From contig CALSCP010002781.1 in NCBI GenBank assembly GCA_943704425.1, positions 22,330 to 86,329 of the forward strand: DNA of 64,000 bases. Direction: 5' to 3'. Below the pieces are notes generated by a model. The model was not told the DNA's origin. It saw nothing but the letters and a program-made list of their open reading frames with translations, and did no database searches. Below, piece by piece: positions 28,020 to 41,000 of this stretch. The DNA comes from Ministeria vibrans ATCC 50519 (Eukaryota > Protista > Filasterea). The position numbers and the translations under genes are program-made. Position 1 is the first letter of the stretch, and every line of letters starts with the position of its first letter.

Positions 28020-29892
28020 ATGACCGAAATGGAAGAAATTCACACCGAAGAGCAGCAGGAGATGGGCGAGGAGGTATCAGAAAAACACACCTATTCGTTC
28101 GTCGCGTTTTCGTCCGGTTTCACCTTCTTTTGCGTTTCGCCGATGCCTTGACTGCATTAAATGGTTATGTATATCGTTATACCTGACGTTCGGCTCATAT
28201 TGGTCGGCGCTTTTTCCTGGGAACGTGTTCACGCGTATAAAATGTTGAGAAAACCCTCGCGACGTGCAAAACGAACGCCACATCGTCTCGCCCTGACTCA
28301 AAAACACCGTGCCTTTCTCATCACCACCACTAAATACGTTTTGTACACAATAATCTTCTGTCGCTGTGCCCATCTGGCATGGATTTTACGAGAAATACTC
28401 AGTGCCACTTTCGTTTCGTTTTCGCTTTTATCCTGTCGCGCGTCGACGCAGGAAAAAAACAATTGCCAATCATTAAGTTTATTAGCCATTTTCATGATCA
28501 TGACTGTGCGTAACCATTACCATTGGTACAAGAAGTACATTGGGAGCGAGAGAGAGAGAGAGAAGCGGACGGCTAGCAGCGCCATGTTAAAACAAAAGAA
28601 GAACAACAGCTGTTTTCGCGCAAAAAATCTCAAACAATAGTAATTATTAATTCTCGCTTCCCTCTTTATTTATTTTCTCTAGTCTGTCAACTTTATCAAC
28701 GTTGAGGAGCTTCAAAAGCATGGAATCAATGTTGCAGACATTAGTAAACTTCGCTCGGCTGGAATCAGCACAGTCTTGGTCTGACGAGAAACAAAAAATT
28801 TAACATAAAAGATCAGACATCAACTGAATAACAAAATAACTGCTTTCTCATTAAAAGGGTGTTTTGATGGCTACAAAGAAGCAAATGACAGCAATCAAGG
28901 GCATCTCCGAAGCGAAGATGGAGAAAATGAAGGAGGCAGCGGCGAAGATGACCGACTCGACGTTCATGTCAGCGCACGAGTACTTCCAGCAACGCCAAAA
29001 CATCCACTACATCACGACTGGCTGCAAAGAATTTGACACGCTTTTGGGAGGAAAAGGCATCGAGAGCATGGCAATCACAGAGATTTACGGCGAGTTCCGG
29101 TACGAATTAATTATACTATTATCATTACTATTGTTATAATAATTATTATTATTATTATAATAATTATAATAGTAAAAATTGTAATCAACTTCAATCATGA
29201 ATATTATTAATAATAATTATATCAATCAATCATAATAATTTATATGTATGCCTCCCATTAATTTACATTTACATTAATGTTTTTATTTTTAATGGCGATC
29301 ACGTTGGACGCTGATTAATTATGTTTGTTTTAATATTTTGTAGTACTGGAAAAAGCCAAATTTGCCACACACTCGCGGTGACAGCGCAGCTTCCCGAGTC
29401 CGAAGGAGGCGCCAGTGGTCGAGTTGCCTACATTGACACAGAGGGCACGTTTCGTCCCGAACGTCTCGCTGCCATTGCCGAACGATTCGGCGTTGATCCC
29501 GAGGCGGTGATGCAAAACGTTATGTTTGCGCGCGCGCTCAACAGCGAGCACCAAATGGAGCTCATCAACCAGTGTGCCGCCAAGTTTGCCGAGGACGGCA
29601 GCTACCGCCTACTCATCATCGACTCTATCATGGCCATGTTCCGCGTTGACTTTTCGGGTCGTGGCGAGCTGTCGGAACGACAACAGAAGCTCGCGCAAAT
29701 GATGAGCAAACTCACCAAGCTGTCCCTCGAGCTCGATGTCGCCGTCGTCGTCACCAACCAGGTCACTGCCGACCCCGGTGCTACTCTCTCCTTTGTTGCC
29801 AACATGATGAAACCTATTGGCGGCAACATAATGGCACACATGTCGACCATTCGGTAAAAGCGATTGACACTCATACACACAACTAAAATCAA

Positions 29893-29930
<38 letters not shown>

Positions 29931-30130
29931 ATAATAATTATTAGTATTATCTTTTTCTTCTAATAAAAATAATTATTAATAATTATAATTATTATGTACT
30001 ATGTAGCTTGGCTTTGCGCAAAGGACGTGCCGAGACACGCTTGGTTAAAGTTGCTGACGCGCCCAACCTGCCAGAGGCCGAAGCGACGTTCATGATCTCC
30101 CCGGGAGGCATTACAGATGCGTCCGATTAA
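28020..30130 (+). CDS. DMC1: Meiotic recombinase DMC1
   Basis: Five exons; [25 protein letters not shown]|[30 protein letters not shown] and TADPGA are DMC1-type rather than RAD51-type. Confidence 0.9.
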
Positions 30131-30324
30131 AAAATAAAAAGAGAAAAAGAACACATTTTCATTTATTATCAATAATACTAATAATAATTAAATTATTTTT
30201 ACAAGCGAAAAGCGTCAAGGCACAAAAAACGAAAAGATTATTATTATTATTATTGTTATTATTTTAAAAAAACAAACGCTGTACAATTTTATGTGCTCTC
30301 GCCTCTCTCAAACTGTCCAATCTT

Positions 30325-32843
30325 TCACACTCGGACATAGCGATTCGACAGACGGTTTCGCTTGGAACTACCGAGTGCAGCATACTGGTTGATCGCATCA
30401 CTTGGAGGTAGGCTGGGAGGCGCACCAGAGAGGGCAAGGGACGGCGAGGCTCCCGTCACCTCCGTTGCCGGCAATGGAGCTGTGGACGCCATAGGTGGTG
30501 CGCGTCCCTTAATCACAGGCTGATGCGCTGCTTTGGGGGCACTTCCCAGCGCCATGTCAGACGGTGGAGGCGCCACAGGTTTGACTGGCTCGGAAGACTC
30601 CTCGCCGGGAAACACCCAGCGTTTCTGTTTCTCGTCGTATTGCGGCGCCGGATTGTCCGGCAAGTGAGCCTGCGTGTAATTTTCGGAGGTGCTCGAGCGT
30701 CGTGTGACCGAGCTGAAGACAGAGGTAACAAAGGAAAAGAGCGAGTTGCGACTGCCACTTCGCTTCATCTCGCTACCATTCTCACCCTCGCCGTCAGCGC
30801 CCTCTTTCGACTTGAGGTCGGCCGAACTTGTACTTGCAGCTCGAGGGCGTGGCTGACTCCGCTTAAATCCAAGATGGTCTTCTTCTTCCTCCTCCCCACC
30901 TTGTGACACTGCAGCCTGACTGTGCGTCGCCGGTGTCGCCGTCGATGGTGGAACAGCAGAAGCACCGGCAGCTGGTGCGTTCAACGACACGCCCGGGGGC
31001 AAAAAGGAAGCCATGTCGGTCGACTGGGCGCCGAGCATGACAAAGCCGCTGAGGTCCTGGTCAACCTCTTCGGACTCTGTCGCCGTCGGCTCTTCCAATG
31101 TACCGTCAGCAACAACGGGCATGAACGACTGGTGGTCACTCTGAAAAGGCACTTCCTGTGTGTGTTGCGGAGGCTGCTCCTGTAGGTGCTGCTGCTGCTG
31201 ATTTTGTTGTTGTTGTTGTTGTTGGTGGTGGTGCTGCCACGACTGAGTCTGATCGGGCACAGAAAACAATGATGGCTCGCTGGCCGTGTCGACAGCCCAA
31301 CTCGCGTTAGACTCTGTCGCTGTCAACGTAGGTTCTTGTTGCCATGAGGACGTATCGTTTGGCGCAACTGACGAAACAGCAAAAGAAGGAGTCTCGTTGT
31401 TGTGATGATGATGCGACACAACCGACGGTGGTTCGGCGTCGGTCGCAACACCTGTCAGCTCCACCACGTCGCCTGAGTTGTCCGAGGTGAGCGCAGCAGG
31501 TTGCCAACTTGACGTGCGGCTGTGCGTGCCAGTGGCAGGTCGAGTAGAGTCTTGACTGGTGCTCGCGGGGGTCGTGGTGCCCGACTCGCCATGAATCAGA
31601 CCGTGTAGGGTGTTCTCAAAGGTACTCAGGAGACCGCGTGTGCGTCGTGCCAGCCACGAGTTGCTCTTGCCCACCTCAGGATTGTGCTGCTCGATGCGAC
31701 TCATCAACTCGGTCAAAGTCAGCACAAAGTATGCATGGTAGTGACCCTGGGCCGCCTTGGCACCACTCTTGACCTCGCGCAGCACCTCCTTGGTGTAGCG
31801 CAGCGCACGCTCAAGATGCCCCAAATCCACCAGATACCGCGCATGGACAAGCTTGGCCCACTGGATCGTAGGTAGTGTCGACTGAGGGTTCGCCAGACGC
31901 AGCGCGTATTCAAGGACCTCTGTGCGGTGCAGCGCCACCATGTCCACACGGAAAAAGTCACGCGCGAGTTCTTGGCCCACCAATGCGATGCGTCCATTGA
32001 CGTCGAGCGCCGACGACAGCTGCAGACCAGCCGCAATGTAGCACACGTGTGCCTCACTCACATTTCCCTGACTGCGCAACTGATCACCGATGCTCACCAT
32101 AAGTTCGCGTGACCCCTTGGCGGGCGCATGCAACAGCGACGCGATCAGCGCCGACCAGCCACCCTGCACGTGAGACACCTCAACATTCGCCAGCACGGCC
32201 GACTCGCTGTGCAGCGCAAGCAACGGCTGCAACACGCTCTGCTCACACACGACGCGCTTGGCAAACGCGGCAGCAACGCGGCGAATTCGAGCGCCAACGT
32301 CGCCGGTTGACGATGGCAATTGCGATGCAAGCGCAAAGGCATAATCCCACAGTCCGTGCCGCATTGCCTCGTCGACTGCCGCGTCGTGTTGGCCGCACAC
32401 AAGATGCTTGTCCAGCGATGCAAGGGTCTCCGTGCGAATCTTGCCCGTCACAACAGCCTCGCGCTCGACAGGCGCAGGCGCATCGCCAAGGTCGGAGACA
32501 CTCGCAAGGACACTGGCCAGCTTGGTTCCGACTCCACTGCCAGGAGATTCGACAAGGGTTGCGAGCACATTCCAAAGGATGCGCTGTGCGGTGTCTGAGG
32601 CACCCTTGCCTTGCGTCTGACAATGGTTCACCACCTTGGACTTGGCAGTGGATGCGAGAAGGGGACCGTCAAACGCTGCCGCAAGGCGCGCGTCGGGCGA
32701 ATCGGCCAGGAGAGTCCCCAGTGAAAAAATCTCCACCTTGGAGCCACGGACACGCACAAGCTGACCACCGAATCCAATGGAGCACGCGTGAGAATGGCGC
32801 AGTGTAAGTCGTTCGAGAGGGTCTTGCGCAGGCATCATCATCA

Positions 32844-32881
<38 letters not shown>

Positions 32882-35170
32882 GAAGGGTGCATGTTCGAGG
32901 AAAGGTAGCTGTTGGTGGGATCCGCAGTTGAAGGAGCGCTCGTGTGTCCTGCTGTGAGTGGCACATCATCAAAGTCGTCGTTGAGAGGTACATTCTGATC
33001 GGCATCCGTGCTCATGGGGTACTCGTAGTTGTAGTTGTCGTAGTTGTAGTTGGTGTAGTCAAAATCGTCGTTGACAGTGAGGTCGGCGGGAGGCAGTGGC
33101 GCACCAGACGTGTCGTCCGTAGACGGGTAGGGGTCGAGCGATGAATAGTCGTAAGGCGAATTGTACGCGTAGTCGGCCATGGGCGGAGCAGTCGAGTCAT
33201 CAGGGGCACTCCAAGAGTGGACTTGCGCAAGAGGGTCCGTCGCAGTGGGCGCTGCACCCAAGTCGACATCTTCGTACGCGGGCGGTGGTGCGTGTTCGGT
33301 CTCCTGAGCAGACTGTGTATCGAACTGCTGCTGATCGTACTGCTGTTGATCGTACTGCTGTTGATCGTACTGCTGCTGATCGTACTGCTGCTGATCGTAC
33401 TGCTGCTGATCGTACTGCTGCTGATCGTACTGCTGCTGATCGTACTGCTGCTGATCATACTGCTGTTGATCGTACTGCTGCTGATCGTATTCCTGTTGGC
33501 CGAACTGCTGTTGATCGTACTGCTGCTGATCGTATTGCTGTTGGTCGTGCTGGTCGTCCTGCTGCTGTTCGTACTGCTGTTGATCGTACTGCTGTTCGCC
33601 GTATTGCTGTTGGTCGTATTGCTGTTGGTCGTATTGCTGTTGGTCGTATTGCTGTTGGTCGTATTGCTGCGGATCGTACTGCTGCTGATCGTACTGCTGC
33701 TGATCGTACGACGACGGTTGCGACTGCTCGTCGTACTGAGGCTGTTGCTGCTGCTGCGGCTGCTGATCGTCCTGTTGAACATCGTGCTGAGACTGTTGCT
33801 CCATTTGATGTTGCTGCTGCTGCTGCTCTTGATCATGACGCGAGTCAGAGGGTGGCACCTCACCCCAAGCGTACTCGTTGGCGACAGCGAGCGGCACGGC
33901 CTCGGTGAATCCAAGGCTGTCACGACCATCGTCAACGTTCACCTCGTCAGCGGAGGCGGGAGGAAACAATTGGCGACCCACATGATGTTGTTGATGCTGC
34001 TGCTGCTGCTGCTGTAGCTGCTGAGATTGTGTGGCATCAAGCACCGCAGCCGGACGGGGAGTACAATCGGGTGTGTCGTCGTCGTAGTCAGCCACGAGAG
34101 ACAGAGCTGACTTGGCTTCGCCTGGGATAGCCTGCGCCTGCTGTGGCTGGGGCGTTTGACGGGGTGGAACAAGGGCAATGCGGCCTGCATCGCGAATGGC
34201 CTTAGGCGTATCCAAGATGATAGGTGCTGTTTCGCCAAAGATTCGCTCCTTCCGCACGTCACCAGCACTCTTCCCGGCGAAGAAGTCTGCCGTGGCATCG
34301 AGTTGTGAGCATGTAGAATTCACCGGATGGGCATCAGGCAACGTTCCACCACCAATCGCATCGGCAGACGTACTCGAGGTCCATGCAAACGGTGCAGTGT
34401 GTGCCGCTGGCGTCCCCCAGGCGTACTCGGTTGAAGATTCGGTCTCGCACTGCTGAGTGTCCCACGAGACACCGTCGGCAGGAGCGGTCGTTGTCACCTC
34501 GTCATGCAACTCTGTCTCAGTCTGCGGTGGATGGGGCGCGCCCAGTGATGGAAGTTGGGCGGTAGACTGGACCGACGGAAAACTTGCAGCTTCAGTGAGC
34601 TGATCTTGTGAGGGCTGCTGATGGGCGTTCCACGACTGCTCGGGAAAAGATGTCGGCGCTGCCGAAGGCTGAGAAATTGGAGCTGCGTCTTGGGCAGGCG
34701 GATTTGAGTACTCGTGAGCAGGGTTGGTGGTGGTGGTCGTCAGCGGAAAAGGGTTGTCTTGCGAGGGCTCGCTTGTCGGCTGGGATTGCCACGACTGCTC
34801 CTGCACCGGGGCAGACACAGTCTCAGGTTGCCACGACTGCTGCGGCGGCGGAGCAGAGTTGTCGTGCGAGGGCTCGCTTGTCGGCTGCTCCTGCACCGGG
34901 GCAGTCGCAGTCTCAGGCTGCCACGACTGCTGTGGCGGCGGAGCAGACACAGTCTCAGGTTGCCACGACTGCTGTGGCGGCGGAGAAGTGTTGTCGTGCG
35001 AGGGCTTGCTTGTCGGCTGCTCTTGCACGGGGGGAGTCGCAGTCTCAGATTGCCACGACAGCTCCTGCACCGGGGCTGACACAGTCTCAGGTTGCCACGA
35101 CTGCTGCGGCGGCGGAGCAGAGCTGTCGTGCGAGGGCTCGCTTGTCGGCTGGGATTGCCACGACTGCTCC
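30325..35170 (-). CDS. SEC16: COPII scaffold Sec16-like protein; 5' end lost in gap
   Basis: FGGQLV, LWDYAFALAS, AHVCYIAAG, HRTEVLEYA, KLVHARYLVDLG central domain; C-terminal A.LPD...YDEKQKRWV motif. Confidence 0.85.
33320..33710 (-). repeat. Coding 15-nt tandem repeat encoding YDQQQ (more than 20 copies) inside Sec16
   Basis: (gatcgtactgctgct)n on the + strand. Confidence 0.95.
34760..35170 (-). repeat. Coding tandem repeats QQSWQPET/QPTSEPSHD inside Sec16
   Basis: Repeated ccacgactgc and gcgagggctcgcttgtcggctg blocks that run into the gap. Confidence 0.9.
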
Positions 35171-35179
35171 TNNNNNNNN

Positions 35180-35236
<57 letters not shown>

Positions 35237-35266
35237 AACAAAGCGAGAGGCGAGTGCGTCTCTTAC

Positions 35267-35425
35267 TCTGGGCTGAAATGCGAATTCTCCGCGACAAAGT
35301 CGTGCGGAGCGTCCACAATAGGCCATTGCGCATCCGCAAAGGAGCGGTTTGCAAACTCAAACTGGGTCTTCAAGTCAAACTCGCCTCTGCGCAATCCGCC
35401 GGAGGGCCAGTTGCCGCTGGAGCTC

Positions 35426-35508
<83 letters not shown>

Positions 35509-36185
35509 GGAGGAGGGAGGAGGGAGAGAGAAAGAAACAAAGTGATAGAGAGAGAGAGAGAGAGAGAGTCAGAGTCAGAGACAAACAGAGACAGACAGAG
35601 AGAGAAACAAAGTGATAGAGAGAGAGAGAGTCAGAGACAGAGACAAACAGAGACAGACAGAGAGAGAAACAAAGTGATAGAGAGAGAGACAAAGTGATAG
35701 AGAGAGAGACAAAGTGATAGAGAGAGAGAAACAAAGAGATAGAGAGAGAGAGAGTCAGAGAGTCCGCTTGTTGTTTACCTTAACGCACGTTGCATTGGCC
35801 CATCCATGGAGACACGCCCTGTCGCCGTCGTGCTGCCATACCTTACAGTTGACATCGTAGCAGCACGATGTGGCGCAATCGTACGCAGAGAAGCGATCTG
35901 GGTCGTGTTCCATGTTCCTAATGTCCAAAGTCAACAACGCAACCCAAAAAAAAAACAAACCAAAAAAAACGGAAAGCCGCAACCAATTGCGTCGTGAGCG
36001 CCTTACACACAGTCGTATCCACCAATGTCTTGCGGGTAGACGCAGTCGGGGCAGCCATGGACGTCTCCGGTGGGTGCGTGTCCAAAGTGAAACCGCCACC
36101 CTCGATTGAAGGGAACCGCCTCAGCAGCACACATGCTCACTGCAGCACACAAGGCGATCGCCACCCTGCACGATAAGGAGACCAT
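35267..36185 (-). CDS. Glycoside hydrolase family 2, 5' part (signal peptide, N-terminal sugar-binding domain with a Cys-rich insert)
   Basis: MVSLSCRVAIALCAAVSMCAA signal, FNRGWRFHFG, FADAQWPIVDAPHDF. Exons 36185-36007, 35917-35779 and 35424-35267. Confidence 0.85.
35520..35750. repeat. Intronic repeat family (AAACAAAGTGATAGAGAG)n; other copies at about 12640-12735, 13000-13080, 54335-54580 and 56990-57165
   Basis: The same core CTATCACTTTGTTT(C) is embedded in CT tracts in introns of four genes. Confidence 0.85.
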
Positions 36186-36376
36186 GACTGATGACGGTCT
36201 TTGACTGCCGAATAATTTGTTTTGTTTCAAAGTTCATTCTTTAATGAATATCATAATCAAACCTTTTTTTGACAAAACTCTTTGACCGGGCTCTGACGTC
36301 TCTTTTGCGACGTGTGAGACCCTTTCCCTCCCCCTGCCTCACTCGACACCGCTCGTTTCTTGCCCCTACAAAAGCG

Positions 36377-37920
36377 ATGGACGTGCCGGAGAATGCGCCG
36401 CAACGTACAACTCATTCCACCGTCGTCTGCCCTCTGTTGACCTCGTTCACGGCTGGCGCTGCCCTGTAGATTGCCCGGGAACAGAGAGCGAAGAAGCTGG
36501 CAAGGCCGACTCGTGCCAGGGATGTCCCAATCGCGAGATCTGTGCGTCGAGCACTCCGCGCGCGCCCGACCAAGGTACTCCCCGTTGCGATTGCTTCAGC
36601 TTGCCTCACTGCCTCCCCCCTCCCCCTTCCTCCAGCGCTGCCTGACATTCGACACCGCCTCGAGTCAGTGAAGCACGTCATTATTGTTCTCAGCGGCAAA
36701 GGCGGTGTTGGCAAGACGAGCGTGTGCTCTCAACTGGTGAGCTCTCTCAGGCGGGGGGTCTTTCTCGGCTCTCAACCTCGCTTCCTCCACCTAGGCTTGG
36801 ACACTAGCTGAGGACAAAAACGTTGAAGTGGGAGTGTTGGACGTGGACATTTGCGGACCGAGCGTGCCCATTGCGCTTGGGTGTCAGGGCAATCAGGTGC
36901 ACATCAGTCAGAGTGGTCTGTCGCCAGTGTATCCCGAGGAGAACCTCGCTGTCATGTCAGTTGCCTTTGCGCTCGAGCGAAGTGATAGTGCCGTCATTTG
37001 GAGAGGACCCAAAAAGAACGGTTCGACAGGCCAAATCACGTGTACCACACACTAATCACACTATTACATATTCGTTCAGGAATGATCAAGAGCTTCTTAA
37101 AGGACACAGACTGGGGAGATCTCGACTATCTCATCATCGACACGCCACCAGGTCTGACAGAACGAGAGAGGAACAACTACACACACTTATACGCTCATTT
37201 TAATACGTTCTTTCTTCTCTCACTACCACTTTTGTTTCTTTATCACGTTGTTTCTATCTCTCTATCTATCTTATTTATCTATTATAATATACATCTCTCT
37301 ATCTATCTTGTACTAGGGACGAGCGACGAACACATTTCACTGATCGACTATCTGCGTCCCACTCACTCGTCTGTGCACTCTCTGATTGTGACAACTCCTC
37401 AGGAGGTCGCACTGAGTGATGTGCGAAAGGAGTTGGACTTTACTCGCAAAGTTAATTTGAATGTCATTGGCATTGTTGAAAACATGACGCATTTTGTCTG
37501 TCCTAAATGCCATGTAAGATCAGAAAGAGCAAAACTGGGGGTTTTTTATTTAATAATAACCAATAATAATGATTTTTTTGTTAGAAATCGACTGATGTGT
37601 TTCCGGGCACCACAGGTGGAGCAGAGTCACTTACAGAGACGTACAAAGTGCCGGTGATTGCGCGCATTCCACTTGATCCGCGAATTGGTAAACTGAGACT
37701 ATTTTCTGTTTATTGTTCAGTCTGTGTGTGTGTCGTCTCTCCGACACTCACTGTTCTTTTTCCTCTCTTTTTTTCTTCTTTTTTGAAAACCAAAGGTGAA
37801 GCAATGGACAATGGCGAGTCAGTATCGCGCGCACTGCCCAACTCCCCCACAAGTACTGCCTATCTTGATCTTGCCCAGCGCGTCAAGACCTTACTTCCCC
37901 CCACCCAAATGGATGAGTAG
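36377..37920 (+). CDS. NUBP1: Cytosolic Fe-S cluster assembly factor NUBP1/Nbp35
   Basis: HCPG...[11 protein letters not shown]-terminal motif, [42 protein letters not shown]; eight exons. Confidence 0.96.
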
Positions 37921-38004
37921 TAATCCTCCCTCTTCCTCTCTTTCGAATTGAAAAAAAACGAAAATGTGTAGAGTACGAAAAACTATAGTAAACTGTTTAT
38001 TGAT

Positions 38005-41000
38005 TTACAGCTGCTCCTTAAGCGAGTACATTGCTTCAAAGAGGGCAGTGCGGTCGAAATCACGTGAGTGCGCGTGAATAAGACTGGCAATCTGAGCGCG
38101 CACGGACAAAAGCGCATGTACAGTGTAGCCCCGTGTCGCAATGCCAAAGTCATTGGACACTCGTTGCAGTGAGTGGTCCTCGGGAATCACAAACGGAGGC
38201 ACTGTGAACTCCACAGGCGCCTCCTCTTCTTCCTCTTCCTGCACCACCTCTCCCCCCGCTTCAATCCCCTCATCGTTCTTTGCTTCTTCTCGTCCGTCCT
38301 CGTTCATCTCCAACGGAGGAGGAAGCGCCTCAAACCCACCCTCATCATCGCCCATATCCATTGTATTCTCCACACTCGTCTCTTCTCCCTTCTCTTCCTC
38401 ACCTTCCTGTTTCTCTACCTCACCCTCCATATTTCCTGCATCTTCTTCCTCTCCCTTTTCCTTCATCTCCACCTCATTACTCGCTTCGTTTTCCTCTTCC
38501 ACTTCGCTTCCTTCTTCCACCTCATTACTCGCTTCATTTCCCTCTTCCACTTCGCTTCCTTCTTCCACCTCATTACTCTCCTCCTCCTCCTCCTCCTCCT
38601 CCTCCTCAACCCGAACTCGCTTGCGCGGCGACTCCTTCCGATTCTCCTCCTCCCGCAGCAACGATCGTTTCCTCACCTGGCGCATACCACCTTCAACAAC
38701 CTCCTCCGCTTCATCCTTCTCCTCGAATGTTGGCGCACGCGACAATGCCACCGGGGTCAGCACCAGTGGTTCGTCGTCGTCATCGTCGTTCACGACCTCA
38801 CAGTCGTTGGGGTTCGTGTCGTGCGCCGTAAGCCGGACGGACGACTCGCCCTCCTTGCACTTGATCACACTGCACTGGTCGCAGTGCCATTCACCACGCG
38901 GCACCACCGTCATGTTGACGCAGGCCAAGTGAAAGGCGCGCGGGCACTTCTCGCAGCAGATCAGCTCGCCGAGTGAGCCACACAAGTTGCACACGTCGTC
39001 GTTGAGCTTTGCCGTCTCACACGTCTCACAGCTCCAATCGCCGAGAGGCACACGTCGCAAACCCACACACTTGAGATGAAACGAGCGCGGACACGACTCG
39101 CAGCAGAGAAGGTTGCCTGGCAAGTGACACACATGACAGAAATCGTCATTCTCGTCCTCGTTGCACACATGGCACACCCAATCGCCGCGCGGCAACGACT
39201 TGAGACCCACACACGCAAGATGAAACGATTGTGGACACCGGTCGCAACAAATAAGTTTACCTCGCTTGTTGCACACCGCACACACATCGGCATTTCCATC
39301 GTCACCTGTCGCTATTTTATGCCCGCGCACAATCTGCACCGAGCCTGGCGTTTTCGCCTTGACAGTGGTGCCACCACGGATTCGACTCGCAGACGGTGTT
39401 GAGGTGGTAGTAGTGATTGTCGTTGAGCTTCCGCCGCGCACGTAGCGCTGGATGGACTGGCCTCGTGGGGCGTTTCGTCGCCGTGACACACCAGCTGCTC
39501 CCCTTGTCCCTCCACCGTCACCGCCATTGGCACTTGGCACACCAGAAATTTTCGATGATCCTATCGTGGTCGAGTTAGGTACAATGTTCGCGTCGATGCG
39601 GCGTTTGTCAATGGCGCGAATTTCGCGCTTGAAGGTGTTGGAGAGACGCTCAATCATGGAGTAGGCTTCGTCGCAAAGAGTATGCGCGTGAAAGATGACA
39701 CGTGACGGGTCGTTGGGCGGATTGTACTCGATGGTGTTCGTCACAATGCACTCAATGTCGTGCAGGAAGGCCTCAGGGGTGGTGTACTCGCCGGCGTCGC
39801 AACGACGCAGCATCGTTTCAAGGCAACACGGCGACTTGATGATGCTGTAGTAGTCGGGAAAGGTCGCCTTGGAAACGGGTGTGCTGAAATGTCGAAAGTG
39901 GCGCTCGCGTGCAAGGTAGTTGATGCCCTCGCGCAAGAACATGCGCAACTCGCGCAAATCTGCCATATCCGACTCCTCTTGTGCCTGACGCTTGTGTTCA
40001 CCCTCCGCCTTGATCTTGGCTGCGACGTATGGGTCGACATCAAGTGCAGGTGCAACCGCCAGCTTGGGTGGACGTGAGCGAGGACGGGGTGCGTAAACGC
40101 CGTCAATAAGACAGCCGGAAGGAGGCGTGAACGCAGGCTGGAGCGACACTTCGAAGAAGCGAGCGCGAGAGGCGTCGTCAGGACGCGACAGAGTCACAAT
40201 GCTCGCGGGAGCCACATTCAGGAAGGTGATGATGTCGCAAGGGAGGTGCGAGACAGGCGAGTCGACGGTGGCGAGAAGGAGCACGCCCAGGCCGGCCGAG
40301 TGCAGCTCGGTCAGGAGTTGTGTGAGGCACACGAGCGTCGCGGGTGCGCAGTGCGTAAAAAGCTGGTTGAGACGCGGTAAAAAAATAATGCAGGGGGCAG
40401 CACGACGGGCTTCATGCACGAGACGTGCACACGACTCTTCGGGTGAACGCGAGTGAGCGTCGGAGAGCAGCGTTGCGAGGGAGATAGTGAAGACGGTGGC
40501 CCCCTCGAGAGCATGCAAGATGGCTGGCCCAACAAACTCGCAGACGGCGGCACCATCCTCGGTGTACGTCCCGTTGGGATCGTCAAGGTCTTTGGGACAA
40601 ATGAGTACGGCAGGACGCCACGCGAGCATAGCCGTCATAGAGGGTCGTTGAGCGTTCACCAGTTGCTCAGCGACCGTCTGCTGCTGTAACTGCAGCTCAT
40701 CATTGTTGTTGTTGTCAAGACCTTCAAGTGTGCGACGGCGACGGTCGCCCGTGAGTGCCGGACAGAGGGTGCGAATGAGACGCGTGGCGAGGTCGACGGG
40801 GTCGCCAAGAAGTGGTGCAAGGTCGAGGGTAAGCGGACGCGCGGGTGAGGTGAGGGCACGTGCCGAGGCGGGCACAAGTGTCTGCATGGCAGCAAAAAAG
40901 TCGTTGCACGTGGGCTGCACTTGCTCTGGCTCAATGACCAGCTTCTGTGACGACGCGTATATTTGTGGGTAGTGGCGACGCAGAGCAAAGAGACACGCCT

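Noticed and set aside
33320-33710. Regular short repeats as a possible CRISPR-like array
   Set aside because: There are no unique spacers; it is a codon-level YDQQQ repeat inside a eukaryotic ORF.
30325-36185. Apparent GH2-Sec16 fusion
   Set aside because: The join crosses an N gap, and the GH2 exon fits in phase with the GH2 3' half at 24796.
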